A stretch of 64,000 bases of DNA from Phoronis australis. Its lineage: Eukaryota; Animalia; Phoronida. Where the stretch lies: contig NMRA01000043.1 in assembly GCA_002633005.1 (NCBI GenBank), forward strand, positions 596,476 to 660,475, read 5' to 3'. Of this stretch, positions 13,901 to 28,900 are shown piece after piece. The notes beneath the pieces are model-generated. The model was not told the DNA's origin and made no database searches. It saw only the letters and a program-made list of their open reading frames with translations. The translations under genes and the position numbers were made by a program. Numbering within the stretch: position 1 is the first letter of the stretch; each line of letters starts with the position of its first letter.

Positions 13901-16900
13901 TACAACTATAATCGGATCACGGGCTGTCGTTCTAGAAGCAGTCCATAGAAATATATTTGCTGCATACTACCGAATACGGCCATGCTCCACTCGTGGACTT
14001 CGCAAAGTATTCTCACTTGCAACGCAGTCTTGGAACAGTGGCAAACTTGTGCAAAGATACCCCAGCCCTTGACGTATTGCCACAACCTCCAACTACACAA
14101 CGATCAGGCATTCTTCTTCAAATATTTACTCCAGTTTACATCTAAAAATCCGACTACTTTTGAAAAAGTACTCCTCTTGGCACACAGCAATGGACACTGT
14201 GGACTCAGTCAGGCTGACACTGCAATGATCAGGTCACGTCCCTACTAACTGTAAAATGTTTATAGCAACACACAAGACCTTGTGCATATGTGTCACATTT
14301 CAGAAAATTAATGGACAAAAGTTGCATAATAAACCTATTCTAACAAACACAAAGATTCCATTTGTGCCAGATAGTCCGAACCAAGAGTACAAATCTATGG
14401 ACAAACTCGGCAGTGATCGGGTCAGGAATTCCTGATGTATTCCGGATGTGACGTGTTTCCGAAGATAGCCGAAATTCAAAATATTCTGTTCTCAAAATTG
14501 TGTGGGAAAGTGGGAGCGTGTTTTAAACGAATAATTGAAGAATATAGGGAAATAAAAAGAAATGTGGTTTATAAGCAATCTTTATTAACAGTCAACATAT
14601 GTGTTTACATGTTAACTACAACTAAATAGCTGTGAACCAATCTCTTTAATAATAGTGTTAGATTGGTACTCACCTATAATGTTTCATTATAGTGTCGTGA
14701 TAGCTCCACACCTAATGCTTGATAATAGTGTTAGATTTCTGGAAACCTAATGTCTGATAATAGTGTTAGATGTTAGATTACAAACATAATGCTTGTTAGA
14801 TTGTTGAAAACCTGTTTGATAATAGTGTTAGATTGCTACACTCCTAATACTTACCTAATCCAAACATCATACAGTAGATGTTAATCAGTTATCGAAGGTT
14901 TTGATTATCTGTTACTGCTTGCCAATGAGTGCTTTGATCCATCCATATTTACTTTACGTTAATTTGTATGCGTCTGAAAATGTGTTACAATTAAACGCAA
15001 GTACGACGTTATTGACAAAGGATACTTTTTAGTTTTTAATATTTACATGGCCAATGACTAACATTGTATGTTTCAGTCTGTAGATCAAGTATTCTGTGGA
15101 TAGGCAGGATAATGTTCTCCTAGAACATTTAACACAGTGATTTATGCTGGACTGTTGGTCTTGTCATATTTCATTTTTTTCAGGTCAGAAAACCTACATT
15201 CCAATGAGGAAGAGAAGCCTACTTACAAACGAAAGTTAATTTGGTCTCTCTTTGTACTGGCTAAAGGTACATGGATCATATTTAATGTGCATTTGTTTAA
15301 AAAAAAGTATGTGTTGTATCTAAATGCACATTTATAATGTTAGTGGAGGTGGAGTATGGATAATATTTCAATTTAGAAACTTTATTGGAAAGACTTGTCA
15401 TGTTGAGAGACTCCTTACATACTTCAGTAGACGCTATGTAACTACTCTTTATTAAGACTCCATACATTAGTACACGCTGTGTAACTACTCTTTATTAAGA
15501 CTCCCGAGACTAAAGTTTCTCCTACAACATTAGATGAAATAAGAAGCCTTATCCTAGAATAGAGGTTTTAAAGATAAGCAGCAGAAAATGTTACAAGCAG
15601 TTTTCAAAGCTTGATCATCAGAAAGCAAAACATTTTGATTGATAATGGCACCTTAATTAATTGTCATTGATTTGATTGTGTTCCTTTTGATATTTTCGCT
15701 ATTAGATAACTTTTACAGTGCTCGCCAATGCGACCTCAGATTGTGTTTGGCGACCTTGGAAAATCTCCAAGTCAATCTCCATGAAGTCGCCATTGCAAGT
15801 ATCAAAGTCGGACCATAATTCCCTCTAAATTCATTTCAAAGTTCCTGTTGACTTCCAAACTTTATATTACTGACAGTTTTCCAAGATTTATTACCTTTGA
15901 GTCACAAATGTTCGGTTTATTTCGTGAAATCAGCACATTTGCCACCACGTTCAAATTACAAGAGGAAGTAAACAGACAGAAGTTGGAATTGTTTTTCAAA
16001 AATCGGGCAAGATTGGCTAAATTCACGCCGGCAACCCATACAGTTGTCTGCACTTTTATGTTCACTAGTCGGCGGGAGGAACTGAATTTGGAATGAATAC
16101 AGAATGAAGGTACGCCTACATTTAGGCATTTACTGTGAAATTAGGTGGCGCTATGGCCGTCTGACCTTTTTTGGTCGAGGAACATTTACGACATCCAGAT
16201 AAGAAATCTGGGAATTGATTAATGTGCCTGCCATTATTTTCAGTGTTGGCGACCTCGGATTTTGTTCGCCAGATGTGACCTGGCATTTAACTAAGCATTG
16301 AGCACTGTTTTATGATTGAAAGATGTGACTTTAATGAGACTGCATCAATTTTTGACAACTAAGTGTATACAATTGAAATGCCATCATTGTTCAGGTTATC
16401 AGCAGCTTAGCTTTGTTTATCATTTCAGAGATCATTTTAGCCAAAAATGCCCAGCTCATCAGTAGTTTCCAAGTGCTGCTCTGTGCTCTTGACCATGTGA
16501 TCTTCTTTACACCCTCGTTCCTGCTCAACTCGCCCTACGGTAGGTTTGAATTAGGAGTCAAGTTGCCATGAATCATACATGTACAATCAGTAAGTCATAT
16601 GACCCAGTTGACCAATAGGCAGTGTTATTTTCTTACCCACCTATGGCCTTGGAATTGGGTCAAAGATGGATAATAGAGCTAAAATGAAATGTCCATTGTT
16701 TTGTGCAAACGCCAAGCTGCTGTATGAGGAAGTCTTGCCCTTATTAGTCTGCAGGATACGGGAATAATACAGTTTATACTGCAGACGTCTTGATACGGCC
16801 ATGCAATAACAATTTCATGTGTCCGTGCAATAACTGAAAGGGTTATTGTATGTTCATATAACCATGAAAATAACCATCGTCACGTGACAAAAACGGAGCT

Positions 16901-19900
16901 ACTGTCTACAGCTGGAATTCCAAAGTTTCAACCAGATCAGTCGCAATTTAAACTGAAGAAATTACATGAATTTACTTTTACTATACATTTCAAAAACTAA
17001 ACAAATGTAATGCATTGGACTGCATTTGGTAATTAAAATCGCAAGTTTTCCTCACGATAAATGACTGCAACTCGGCCTTCGCTGTCTCTCCTTCAAACTT
17101 ACCCGTCCACAACAGCTTGTGAACAAAGCCAGTGACGCTGATCATTGTGAACTGAACCGGTAACTACAGTAGCGTTCTGTTTTCATTATTTTGTGGTGTA
17201 AAAAATAACAGTAGTAATATCCAATTAAACTCAATCAAAAACTTTTATTTATATGACACATGATCAATAAATCAACAGGATTTGTCTGCCTCCAATCCGG
17301 GACTAAAGTCGAATCCAAGAACGCATTACAGTAGGTCAAATTATCCACATACCTGTGTACCATACGCAAAAAATGCAGATTCGTACGGAAATCTAGCATA
17401 TTTTTGCCTGGCCGTGTGTAGTTACGCACAGCCAGGCAAAAATATGCAAATTCTGCAAATTTAAAAGAGATTAATTCGCTTGTTTCTCAATAAATACACT
17501 GATTTGTAGTCATAACGGACGAGGAAGAAGATTTTAAAGTTAGAAAATAAAAAAATATTGTAAAATCATTTTTTTAGCCAAAAAATTGAGCTACAAACTC
17601 GGAAAACTTTCTTCGTTTCATTCTCGAAATAGCCTGATAATCAGCGAATCACGAGGCCTCTTCTATCAGTGTGTGTCACATCCTAACCTATAACCAACGG
17701 GATTTTTTAGTTTCTAAGTAGACTGAGCCAGTTGTCGCTTGGTTGTTTTCTTGGCTGACTGAAGACATTGCCTTGTACTTTCATGTACATGACTTCCTTG
17801 ATCTTTCTTGGTTGGACCAAGAGACTAGAGGTTGGTGTAAATAGACCAAGAGATTTTAATAATAGTTGTAATATGCCACCACCTCAGAGCGGTTTTAGGA
17901 AGTCATAACTAAGTTCAGTAATGACATTTTCTATTGATTTACAGGATCTTTTCACTAAGCGTGTTGTCCCTCAACTAAACAACTTAAATTAATCTGAAAA
18001 TTGGTGATGAATTCACTACGTGTATTTTAGAAACCGTTTCAGAGGCATGTAAGTAGGAAAGGTACCCATGCGCGTACCCCGGGGGGGGGCTTGAATGAGT
18101 CCCCCATTTGGCAAAGTGGGCAAAAAGATCCTGAGAGAAACCAAAAGTCTGAGAAAACGAGACAAAAGACCACAAAAAAGGCAAGCATTCGGCGAAAGAT
18201 CTGAACGCTGAGCAAACCCTTTTTTTTTTAGTGAAACGTCCACTGCGAAAAATTCAACCCCCCTTCTATTTTACGGTAAATTTGTAAATTTGGTCTGTAC
18301 TCAAAAATCTGCAAATTTACTGAAAAATCTGCAAATCTGGTGTGAAAGTACTCCAATGAAGTTTTGGTGGTACACAGGTCTGTATCCATAGTGATATTAC
18401 GAATGGCTGAGTGACACAGGATAAACTGTAAATTATTGTCAATATATAAAATTTTATAGAATGCTCAAAAACCAGGGAAACAGGTGTATAGAATAGAATC
18501 TCAAATATCGTTTGCTAACCTGCCACACCACGAAAATGGAAACTAACTTTGATTGGAGGATAAGCTTTGACCAATTCAAATGGGGAGAGTTAGGTTTAGA
18601 GGAGGTGTCATAGTCTGAGATAGCTAGTGACAGATATGGGGACCAAATTGACAAAGGGAAAGGCCAGCAATTCGTATAATCGAAAAAGAATGAAAATACC
18701 AAGAACAACCTACAACTGACATCAGAACTTTTGAAACCTGGCTTTTCAGTGTCATGTTCCTATTCGTATTGACCAAAGAGGAAGAAATTAAGACTCAGCA
18801 AAGAAATGGGGGTTAGATCTTAAAGCCTATTTTGAACAGGAACGCATGTAAATTTGGTTCCTACTGTATGTCAAGAGCCCACTAGTGCAACAAACTGACA
18901 AGTGTAATGAACTGTTAGGCGTATTGGCTTGCTTTTATCTACGTCACCGCGAGAATCACCTTTTAATTCAAACAGCTGCAAATCCCCCCCCCACACACAA
19001 TGGTGTTCTATTCAGAATTCTTTTCAATATCAACTGTTATCGGCCTTTTATTGTTTGGGTTGGGATCTCGCGGTGTTGCAACAGCCGCACGAAAAGGCAG
19101 CTTTACCTATCATTTGACAGGCTTTTATTTGCATGATTGAACTCGTGTTTTCTAATTTTACTAAGGCTTTGCTAGGACCATCTGGTTAGCCCAAAACACC
19201 TAAAATAAAGAAATTCCCTTGAAGTTAGACTTAACGTATGTGCTATAAATATGTTAAACTACAGGGGTTTTTATGCGCCCACATATTTACATGTGGTCAC
19301 ATATTGCTGTCATCTCTGTCTGGTCATCCGGGCATCCGGTGTACGGCGTCCGCAGCTGTATCTCCTAAACCCCTCACACGATCTTGATGAGATATGGCAG
19401 ATGTGTTTCCTATGAAGCTGAAGACGGATGACGACCAATTTCAGACCTCTCCGACTACTGGTGTGCCCCCTAGTGGCAATTTTAGTTTTTTACGCTAACC
19501 TCTGTATCTTCTGAGGTCCTCAATGGATTTTCATAAATTTGGCAGTTATGCATCTATTAGTGAAATGATGCCATCCTCCCGTTTTCGGACAGATTCGAGG
19601 TACTTTGCGCCACCTAGTGGTCATTTTTACTGTTTTCAAGTCTGCCCATCTATCAACCAAACTGCTCTAGGGATGATTTTGAAAATTGGCATATATGTTC
19701 TTACTTTAAAGAGGGCGGCTGACGATATTTTCCAACTTTGACTACTGTGGCACCTCCTAGTGGCAGTGTACAGGATCTTCATTGAATTTTGCTGGGGTAT
19801 TTTTATGAATTTGACAACACAAGACGACGACTTTCGGACAGATCGGACTACCGGTGTGCCTCCTAGTGACAAATTTAGTTTTTACGTTTACATCTGTATC

Positions 19901-22900
19901 TTTAAAGGTTCTCAACGGATTTTCATAAAATTTGGCAAATAGGCATCTATAAGTGAGCTGACGCTATCCTTTGGTTTCGATTTGATTCGTTGTATATTGT
20001 TCCACCCAGAGGCCATTTTTACTGTTTTCGAGTCTTGTTACTTGGCGTCTGTCCCTCTGTCTGAGGATGGTTGTGGAAAGTGGCATGTATGTTCCTAATA
20101 AGAACAGGAAGTCTGACGATGATTTTCTGTGACAGTTATGTTTTTTGGGCCTATAGCCTCCTACTGGCAATTTCATTTTTTTGTTTTCCTCAGTTTCTCA
20201 GAAGTTCCTTGATGGATTTTTATGAAATTTGGTAAATAACTTTAATGTCACATACCAGTTTTTGGATGGAATCGACGTATTTTGTGTCATCTAGTGGCCA
20301 TTTTTTATGTTCCAAATAAACACCCTAGAAGCACATCATTTGCAGTGCATTTGTGGGTGCATTTCAACGTTCCGCGTTGCTCTTGTTATATGGGTGTGTT
20401 GTTAGCCTCGGTTGCTGTGCCGTATGAGTAGAGGCCAAAGGCCGTAGTTTAACATATATGTAGTTTATGTGGATGGTTCTTCATTTCAAAAACATTTAGT
20501 CACAAATTGAAACTGCTGGGTTTTACTATTACAATCTTCTTTGAAAACACAACTCCTTTCTTCAAGTCTGCAGCTATGTAGCAAAACATCACCGAGAGAC
20601 AACAAAAAAATTAAAACAGTAGCTATATTTGGAGATTACACGTCTCATCATCAGGCAATAAGTGGAATGAACATATAAATAGCGAAATAAACAGTGAAAT
20701 ACACGTGGCAGCTGGAAGAGGGGCACACAAGCAGAGAGTGTGAATGCAACACATGGTAGGAAGCCCACAACCCTAGAAACAAGAGTCAGCGTGCAGTATA
20801 CACCTGTGAGCTGCTTATTCAACTCAGGAATGACCAATTGTGGTTCCAAAATCTTTAGCTTTGTTTTGACGCTATAAGCGTATGTTTTCAAAGAAGTTTG
20901 TGTTAACGAACGGCCGCTACCGAACTATACTACATAACTGTATTATGAATGTCAGATAAGTGTCTTGAGTGGTGTGGTCGTCTACTGTTTTTTTTTCTTC
21001 AGATGAAGTGCACCGAGAGTCCTGTTCAGAGGGACAGTCATCTGGGGTGATGAGGAAATTCCTTTGTCAAAAATATGGGGCTTCCTTGGAAGACGTGAGT
21101 ACTCACCATGTCCACTTTTGTGGTTTTAATGAGTTTTACGTCTCAGGTTATCGTTGTGTTTCCTGTTTAAACCAGGAGTAGGACAATTGCAATAACAATC
21201 TAAAATTTAAATAGGACAGTTGCCATAAACATCTAAAGTACAAGTAGGACAGTTGCCCTAACCATCTTAAGTACAAGTAGGAAAGTTGCCATAACCATCT
21301 AAAGTACAAGTAGGACAGTTGCCATAACCATCTAAAGTATATGACTTGAAAAGAATACTGCCTGTGTCTGTGTAGTTGGTGAACTATAACATTTCATGTT
21401 TTGCAATAATTGACATTTTACCTACCTGCGTGTTCCAAATTACAACTTAAAAAAAAACACTGGGGGGTCCCAAGACAAGCTCCGCCCAACCCAGTGTGAA
21501 CCAAAAAGTGGTCTGATTGATCTTAGTAAACAAATTGCAAGTTGATTGCTCACTTAAAGCCGCACACATTGTTAGTAAGGTCTACAGAAAACATCAATTT
21601 CAGGCTAGAAGTATCGATTAACTGTTTGTTGATAAAACCTAAAATCAAACTATTGAAGCAATCTGTGATCACCACTGTGTGAAGTGCCAACTCCCCATAC
21701 CATAACACATCTAAAATGGCTTCCTTATGACAAAGACGTTCTTCCAGATGTCTCAATATAACTTGTTGTTAGCTGTTCAGTCTGTATGCACCAACCTTGT
21801 AATGTTTTATTATTTCTTTGTCTAGTCACAAGCGCTCTATAACAGCTGGGCTGTCAATGTCATCCAACCCCATGGGGTGAAGGTGCAGGAGGTAAGATAC
21901 TTTCACTACTACTGGGGTTAGATTGAGTTTGTAATACCCGAATTAGAGTTTATCCTCTGTCCTACTGATCGTATCAAATACTGAAAAAGTAAGTTTGGTT
22001 TCTCTATTTGTTTTGCTTCTAATTTTTTTAGAAATATCAGCATAATTTAGAATTTCCCGACACTGTAATGTATATCTTATGAGGGAGTCTTTAGCAGATA
22101 GGGACAACTATTTTCGCCTATTTTAATGTTTCAAATGTGATTTAAAAACAAAGTATACAAGTTGTCATCAATCCGAGCATAGTTGTTTAAAGTTGAAGTT
22201 TTAACCTACAAAATTGCACTGATTTGGTTCAAGAAAACTGCACATTACTGGTGCTGATGTGCTTTGAATATGACATCTTATACCTCTTTCAAAAGATAGC
22301 TCTTCGAAATGCAGCTCTTTGAAATACAGTGAACAGTGACATCGTAAATTAAGGTTCTTTCATTGGTCAATTCTTCATCATGCCTATTCCCAAATTAAGG
22401 ACTACATTGCACAGGTATGATAGAAAATTGACTGTTAATCAAAAAATAAAATCTTCCAAGTAGTCTTCAGGCCCACCACAGATACTATAGGCGTACTTAA
22501 ACAATATTTCCTTTTGACCCTAACTAACAGTCCATGACACATGAATTTTGGAAACTCTGGTAACTTTTATATGCAGTTCACTCTTGAAGTATATCATTTC
22601 CTAGATAAGGTGACAGTTTCAAATCACAGCCCCAAGGTAATGTGAGGAATGCTTGCATAAATTCTTTGTTGCTGTGAACTTTTCTACTTTTCTGCTCAGT
22701 TGGCGTACGTGGAGAAGCAGTATGTCAGTCTAACACAAAGTAAGACTGACTTTAACGAGTTGTTATTCTTGGACGGCAATGGTACATTGTTCCCAGAGGT
22801 CAAAGGTCAAGCCAACCACATTGGTGTGATGGGCGATCAAGTGACTGCTACACCAATCAAGTGAGCATGACGCACTCCCTTAGTCAAATATCTGCATGAT

Positions 22901-25900
22901 GCACACCCTATGTCACATATCTGCTTATTTTAGGAGTATGTGCGCGTATACATTTTTGTGATCAGTCTAGACTATGAGTGACTCCACAGTATGGGGTGCT
23001 GTCAGTGCAGTCATTTCTGTGCACCAGTCCTAAAAAGAAGTTGGTTGCGAAAGCGAGCGTATTTGTGGGTTGTTCATTTCAGAAACCAACTGGTGTCTCA
23101 GAAGACCATTAGGAGTTGGAAAATAGATTGTAATCTGAAGGGAATGGGACAGATTCAACTTAAACTAAACTCCAAAGACAATTAATGGTGTTTTTGAAGC
23201 TTGTTGAACACATGAAATTGTGAAAAACTGGTTTTCTTTTTTCATAATCCCATAACATCTCATTTTGCCTGATGTCTGACATTGACTCGTAAGGATGTGT
23301 AGGCTCCTAGAAAAATGTCCAAATTTGACTAATTTCAATCAGAATATTACATACTATGATCGTTTTTAAAATGTTCCACTTTTAAATAAGGAACTCAAAA
23401 GTAGGACTTTCATGATTTTTATGAAAAAATCTAAAAGTTGTTTAGAACGAAAACGAAATGATAGTATAAAATACTGACAGCGATTATGATATTTCATCTT
23501 GAACATTTTATTTGGTCACGTTATTGATACTGTTGTTTTGCTGGCAACATACTTTTCTTTTTGTTAGGTTTCACTAATTAAGATATGGTCACATATCCCA
23601 ATTAATGGCAGATTGGTAAAAAGTCAAAAAATAGTTGTGCTAGCTTTTTAGTTTCAGAAAATACAATAATATTACGGTTATAATATAACATTTATAATGT
23701 TACATTGTGTACTAGTGTTACATTTATAACATATTTATAATTACTATATTGCCATGTTGACAGAAGTGCTATGAGAACACTGCATCAGTTGAAGGCCATC
23801 CTAGAGAGTGCCATGCAAGATGGACCAAGCAGTAAACTACGCAGTTATTTTCAGGTGAGAATCAGTTATTGCTAAATGTTCTCATATTTCTGATTTCCAA
23901 ATATGTTTTGGAACAGTTTGTGTTTAATTATTAGGTCTTCAAATCGATTTATCTTTCCCATTGTCTTGATTTGTGTTTGTGAGTGTAGAATGTGATGACT
24001 AGAATAATTTTACAAAGCATTGTGTGGCAACTGATCTCATGTTAACTTTTTTCATCCAATACAGTGTTCTCCACAACCTGTTTTGACTCGTTCGTGTGGC
24101 GAGTTAGAATTTTGTTGTGAGGATTTTGACTTACTTACTTGGAAAATCTATCCAGCAAGTTTGAATTACTGGGAAATTAATCATATCTTAAGTAAATTAG
24201 GACATTTTGTATTTTTGGCACCAGTTCAAAGCATTTATTCCAAGACTAACATATAAACTCCCCTCAGTATGGACATGGACTTTCGAATACGTAATTCCAG
24301 AAGAGTTTGAATTTTCTGTTGTGGGAAACATTGCAAGTATTACCTGTTTGTTGTTGATGAATGTAAAGGAGTTCTGAGGTATCTAACTATGGATGCTGTT
24401 TGTTCTCACTTACAAATTGGAACCCAAAGCGTATTCTAACTAAGCCTGAATTGTCTTCAGATTTCATTGCCTTTTGCGACAATGCCGCAGACTGGCATTC
24501 GTTTGATTACTTATTTGCTGTGAATCAATAGTTATTGACGGATTTTGTTCAGAAGTTATCACCGAGAGTGTTGGGGTTGGTGCTCTGTCACCACAAATTG
24601 TTAGAAGTGCACAAATATCTCAATGTCAAGGTTACAAGCCCACAAATCACAAATTGTTAGAAGTGCACAAATATCGCAATGTCAAGGTCACAAGCCCACA
24701 AATCACAAATTGTTAGAAGTGCACAAATATCTCAATGTCAAGGTCACAAGCCCACAAATCACAGATTGTCACAAGGACAGTTACTGCACTTTGTGCTACA
24801 AATGTCGGTTTCAGATTGAATGTCATGACAGAAGTAGGTTTGAAGGTGGGTGAGTAAGTCAATGGCTGTAGGATGGGACCACTTACCTGGAGTCACAGTG
24901 ACAGCAAGAGCAAATAAATATTGTAGTTTAATAATATGTCAATCTGTCAAATAAAGCACTACAAGCGAACTCCCTTAATTGGCCATGGCATAAATCGCCC
25001 GTGTGCGTAAGTTGATACTTTTTGTTGGTCCCAATTACACGCTTATTCATCTACATGTAAAGGTTGTCAATGAAGTCGTTGTTTCTTTCAACTCTTAGAT
25101 CAAAAGTGGAATCTGTCCCGGCATTTGCAAGCAAATTTTTTTCGCGCAAGTCATCACCAGTGGGCCTGTGCTGTCATGAGTCTTTGTGACAATATGATTG
25201 TGACAACTAATTATCATGCACTAGGCAGAGTAGTGCTGGTTGTAACAAGAAATGTTCCTAAGATCTGTCAATCAAAGTCTATCTTCACTCCTATAAAATG
25301 AATTTTAAAGTTCCAGCTCTCCACAACACAGTCTACAGAGCATTTTCAGTAGCTAACCTCAACTTAAATATAGGACATCACTTAGGTAAGTTGTGACAAG
25401 TTAAGATAGGTCGCTTGTATTTTTACTCTATGTTAACTGATGACAGAACCAATTTTGGCAGACAAGTGCATTGTCTGAGTGATTCATAATAAGTTATCGT
25501 TGACAAGACTGCTGTAACGTGTGATTGGCTTGTTACTCTTCAGAAGTGTCCCACCAGTCCACTACAGTGTATCCAGGATAGGCTGGCTCACCTGAAGGAC
25601 AGTTTCTTGACTAGCATGCAGCAAGTGATGGGCCAAGGGTTCGTTAGTGTAGCTGAGAATAGGTTCAGAATGGCTGTAGCACTGCACTACCAAGTTATGG
25701 AGGCCCTGCTCATATCTGTGAGATATCTTCTGTTGACAACAATCTTCATTAAGTGAATGCTGTATCATCTCAACCCAAAAGTTGCATTTGACTTATCTAC
25801 CGAGTTTTCATGAAACGCAAGAAGCAATGTGACAGTGTTATAAAAAGATAGTAACATAGGAGTAATATTGATGCTTGATTGTAGTTGCCACTTGTTTACA

Positions 25901-28900
25901 GACTAAGCACTTGAGGATTTGTCTTTAAGTGCATGCTGGCTACTTTATAATCATTTGATTCTTCTCTAAGATTTTAAGGCCTTATTTTTCCACCGAAAGT
26001 CCTGGTGGGAGAGGTTGTTTTCGTCGTGGTTTATACGTTACCTGTAAAGCTCGGCACATGGACATTGATGAAGCTGGTTGAATTAGTTTTGATCGTGTCA
26101 CAGAGCTCGACCTCAGATTTCATTTGGTTACGTAATAAAAAAAAAATCTGCAGTCCCTCAATTACTCTTTGGTGACCTGATAATTTTGTCAGGTTGCATA
26201 GTTTTGGGTGGTTTTTATGGAAATGTTGGTCCAAGTGAACGGTTTTCAACAAATTTAAGATATTGTTGTCTAAAGTTATTGAGTATAGAAAAATAATTCT
26301 TTTCTTTGAAAGAGTATAGCCCTTCTTTTATATTAATTTTCCTGTCAAACTCAATGACTCATGTTGAAGAGATCAGAAGAACACTTTCTTAACACTTGAC
26401 ATGTGCTTTGTTGCAGGAAGAACAAAGATTGTCCATACAAGACTTCAGTGACCTGTTAAACAGAGACACTTTTCACATGTCATTGTTAGCATGTGCTGTG
26501 GAGGTGGTCCTTACTACTTACAAAACAGCAGGTAACAATATTTTAAAAGGTAACAAGTTTTGCTTAAGTTAACCATTGATGACCTTGACCCATCATTTTA
26601 TATGTTTTGCAGCTTATGTCCACATTTTTGGCGTGGTTATCGTGTTTTTTAATATACAACTCAGTGTAATTCATTCCTAAAGAAATTTGTGAAATGTGAA
26701 CACTATTTGTAAGTGCTGTAATAGGCCAAACCACTCTCACTTGCGAAGAAGTTCCTTTTTGTTAGCCGTTATATTGTGCATGCATTTTGAAAACCATTTG
26801 ATGTTGTTATTGAGTGGAGAAAACTTGTTCCAAAGTTCAGGCATGTTATATCAGATGTTCAAACTGAACTAGTCTGTTAATTTGAAACAACTAAATAAAC
26901 TAGAGTTATGTAATTCACTGTTTAGTCTCTTTGCACCAACTTGCATAGTGATTTTTTACGTTTTGTTTTGCGATTTCTACCACCATTTTCAAGCTAGTGA
27001 TAACTGTTAGTGGCAGTTACTGTGGTTACTATAAACAGTATTTTTTGGCAATGGAGATCAACGCGAATAGGCCAATCAGTCAATTACCTTCTTCAAGCTG
27101 ACAACCACAAATTAGGTTTCAGGTACAAAAATGTTTGTAAAATTTACAAAATAAAATCCGCCACTTGATTATATTGCAGCAACTTAACCTGGACTTGCTA
27201 TATGGGGCACTGTGCAGTAATGCTGTCTGATGTAACTGGTGCCAAGTAACAACTACTCAGACCACCTGTTTGTCTCCCATCCGTTGTTACTCACCATGGT
27301 GTCATTCGTTTCCTAGGTAACTCATCACCAACGCTCCCTTTCACTCCTGACAGTGCTGACCCTACTGCGTTTCCATGGATACTGACAGTATTCAATCTGA
27401 AGCCATATAACTTTTTCAAGGTTCTGGAGAGTTTTGTGAAGGCTGAACCGAGACTATCCTGGGAAATAGTTCGAGTACGTGAAGATTAATAAATAATGCT
27501 GTTTATGATATGTAGTAAGGGAATCTGAATTAATTATTGGCGTAATGTTTGGTTTCCCTAAAATTTTCGGAGTTCCTTGACAGATTTTCATTACACCTTC
27601 CCATTCTCGGATGGATTTGACTTATTTTATGCCACCTAGTGGCTATTTTTATTATTTTTGTGTCACTTCTGAGTGGCTTGTTCACCAAACTGGAAACACT
27701 AATAAGGCTTATCTATGGGGGTACTGGAAACACTAATAAGGCTTATCTATGGAGGTACTGGAAACACTAATAAGGCTTATCTATGGAGGTACTGGAAACA
27801 CTAATAAGGCTTATCTATGGAGGTACTGGAAACACTAATAAGGCTTATCTATGGAGGTACATTTCTCACACTGGAAATTGTCCTCATATATACAGCTGTT
27901 GGACTGTATGTTTTTGGGAATGTATGGCAGAAAAATGTGGAACGTTATATAATTCCTGAAATATAGAGCAAATCTTATTAAGTATTGTTTGCATTGGGCC
28001 CAAAACTCACGCTACAGTCTGCTTGTTGAATGGTTTTGCAGCATCTTCAAAATGTGGAGAAAATCATTCTGGAGCATCTATCATGGGAATATGATTCACC
28101 TGTCTACGATGCTATGAAAGTGTCTGAGATTAAGTCAGTCCCCGTGCCTCTGAACGGAGACATCAAGGAAGTGTCCAATACAACAGCACCATGTGATCTG
28201 TAAGTTGAGAGTTCAGTAACACTGCACCATGTGATCTGCAAGTTGAAAGTTCAATAGCGCAGCGCCACACGATCTGTATGTTGAATGTTCAGTAACACAG
28301 CACCATGTGGTTTGTAAGCTGATAGTTCAGTAACACTGCACCATGTGATCTGTAAGTTGATAGTTCAATAACACAGCACTGTGTGGTCTGTATGTTGATA
28401 GTTCAGTAACACTGCACTGTGTGATCAGTAACTTGAAAGTTCAGTAACAGTCCCATGTGATCTGTAAGTTGATAGTTCAATAACACAGCACTGTGTGGTG
28501 TGTAAGTTGATAATTCAGTAACACAGTACCATTTGATCTGAAAGTTGAAAGTCTGCATGTACATATAGTTAACTGAAATTGACCAAGTTTGGTCCACCTT
28601 TTTGCTACGTCACTTAAGTGTTTTTTCCAAGCTTGAATTCCCTTGCTCTAACCACTTGGGTTTGCTTAAAAAGCAAAACAACTACAGGTGAATCAGACTT
28701 ATCACAAATCTCAAAATCTTGTTAGACCCATTATTTACATTGAATACTAAGATTAAACAACTTGTCTCTTGGCATGCTATGAACATTCCCACTAAATAAA
28801 ATTGGTTCTAACCCCGGTGGTTAAGGTAAACGGCGGGGTATGGAAAATTGAACTAGACCGTATTTATCCACCTTGGCTGAGTCGCACTCGGCTCACGATC

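Noticed and set aside
27691-27860. CRISPR-like 33-38-bp repeats (also 11575, 21177, 28173, 36250)
   Set aside because: Head-to-tail units with no unique spacers and no cas genes; eukaryotic minisatellites
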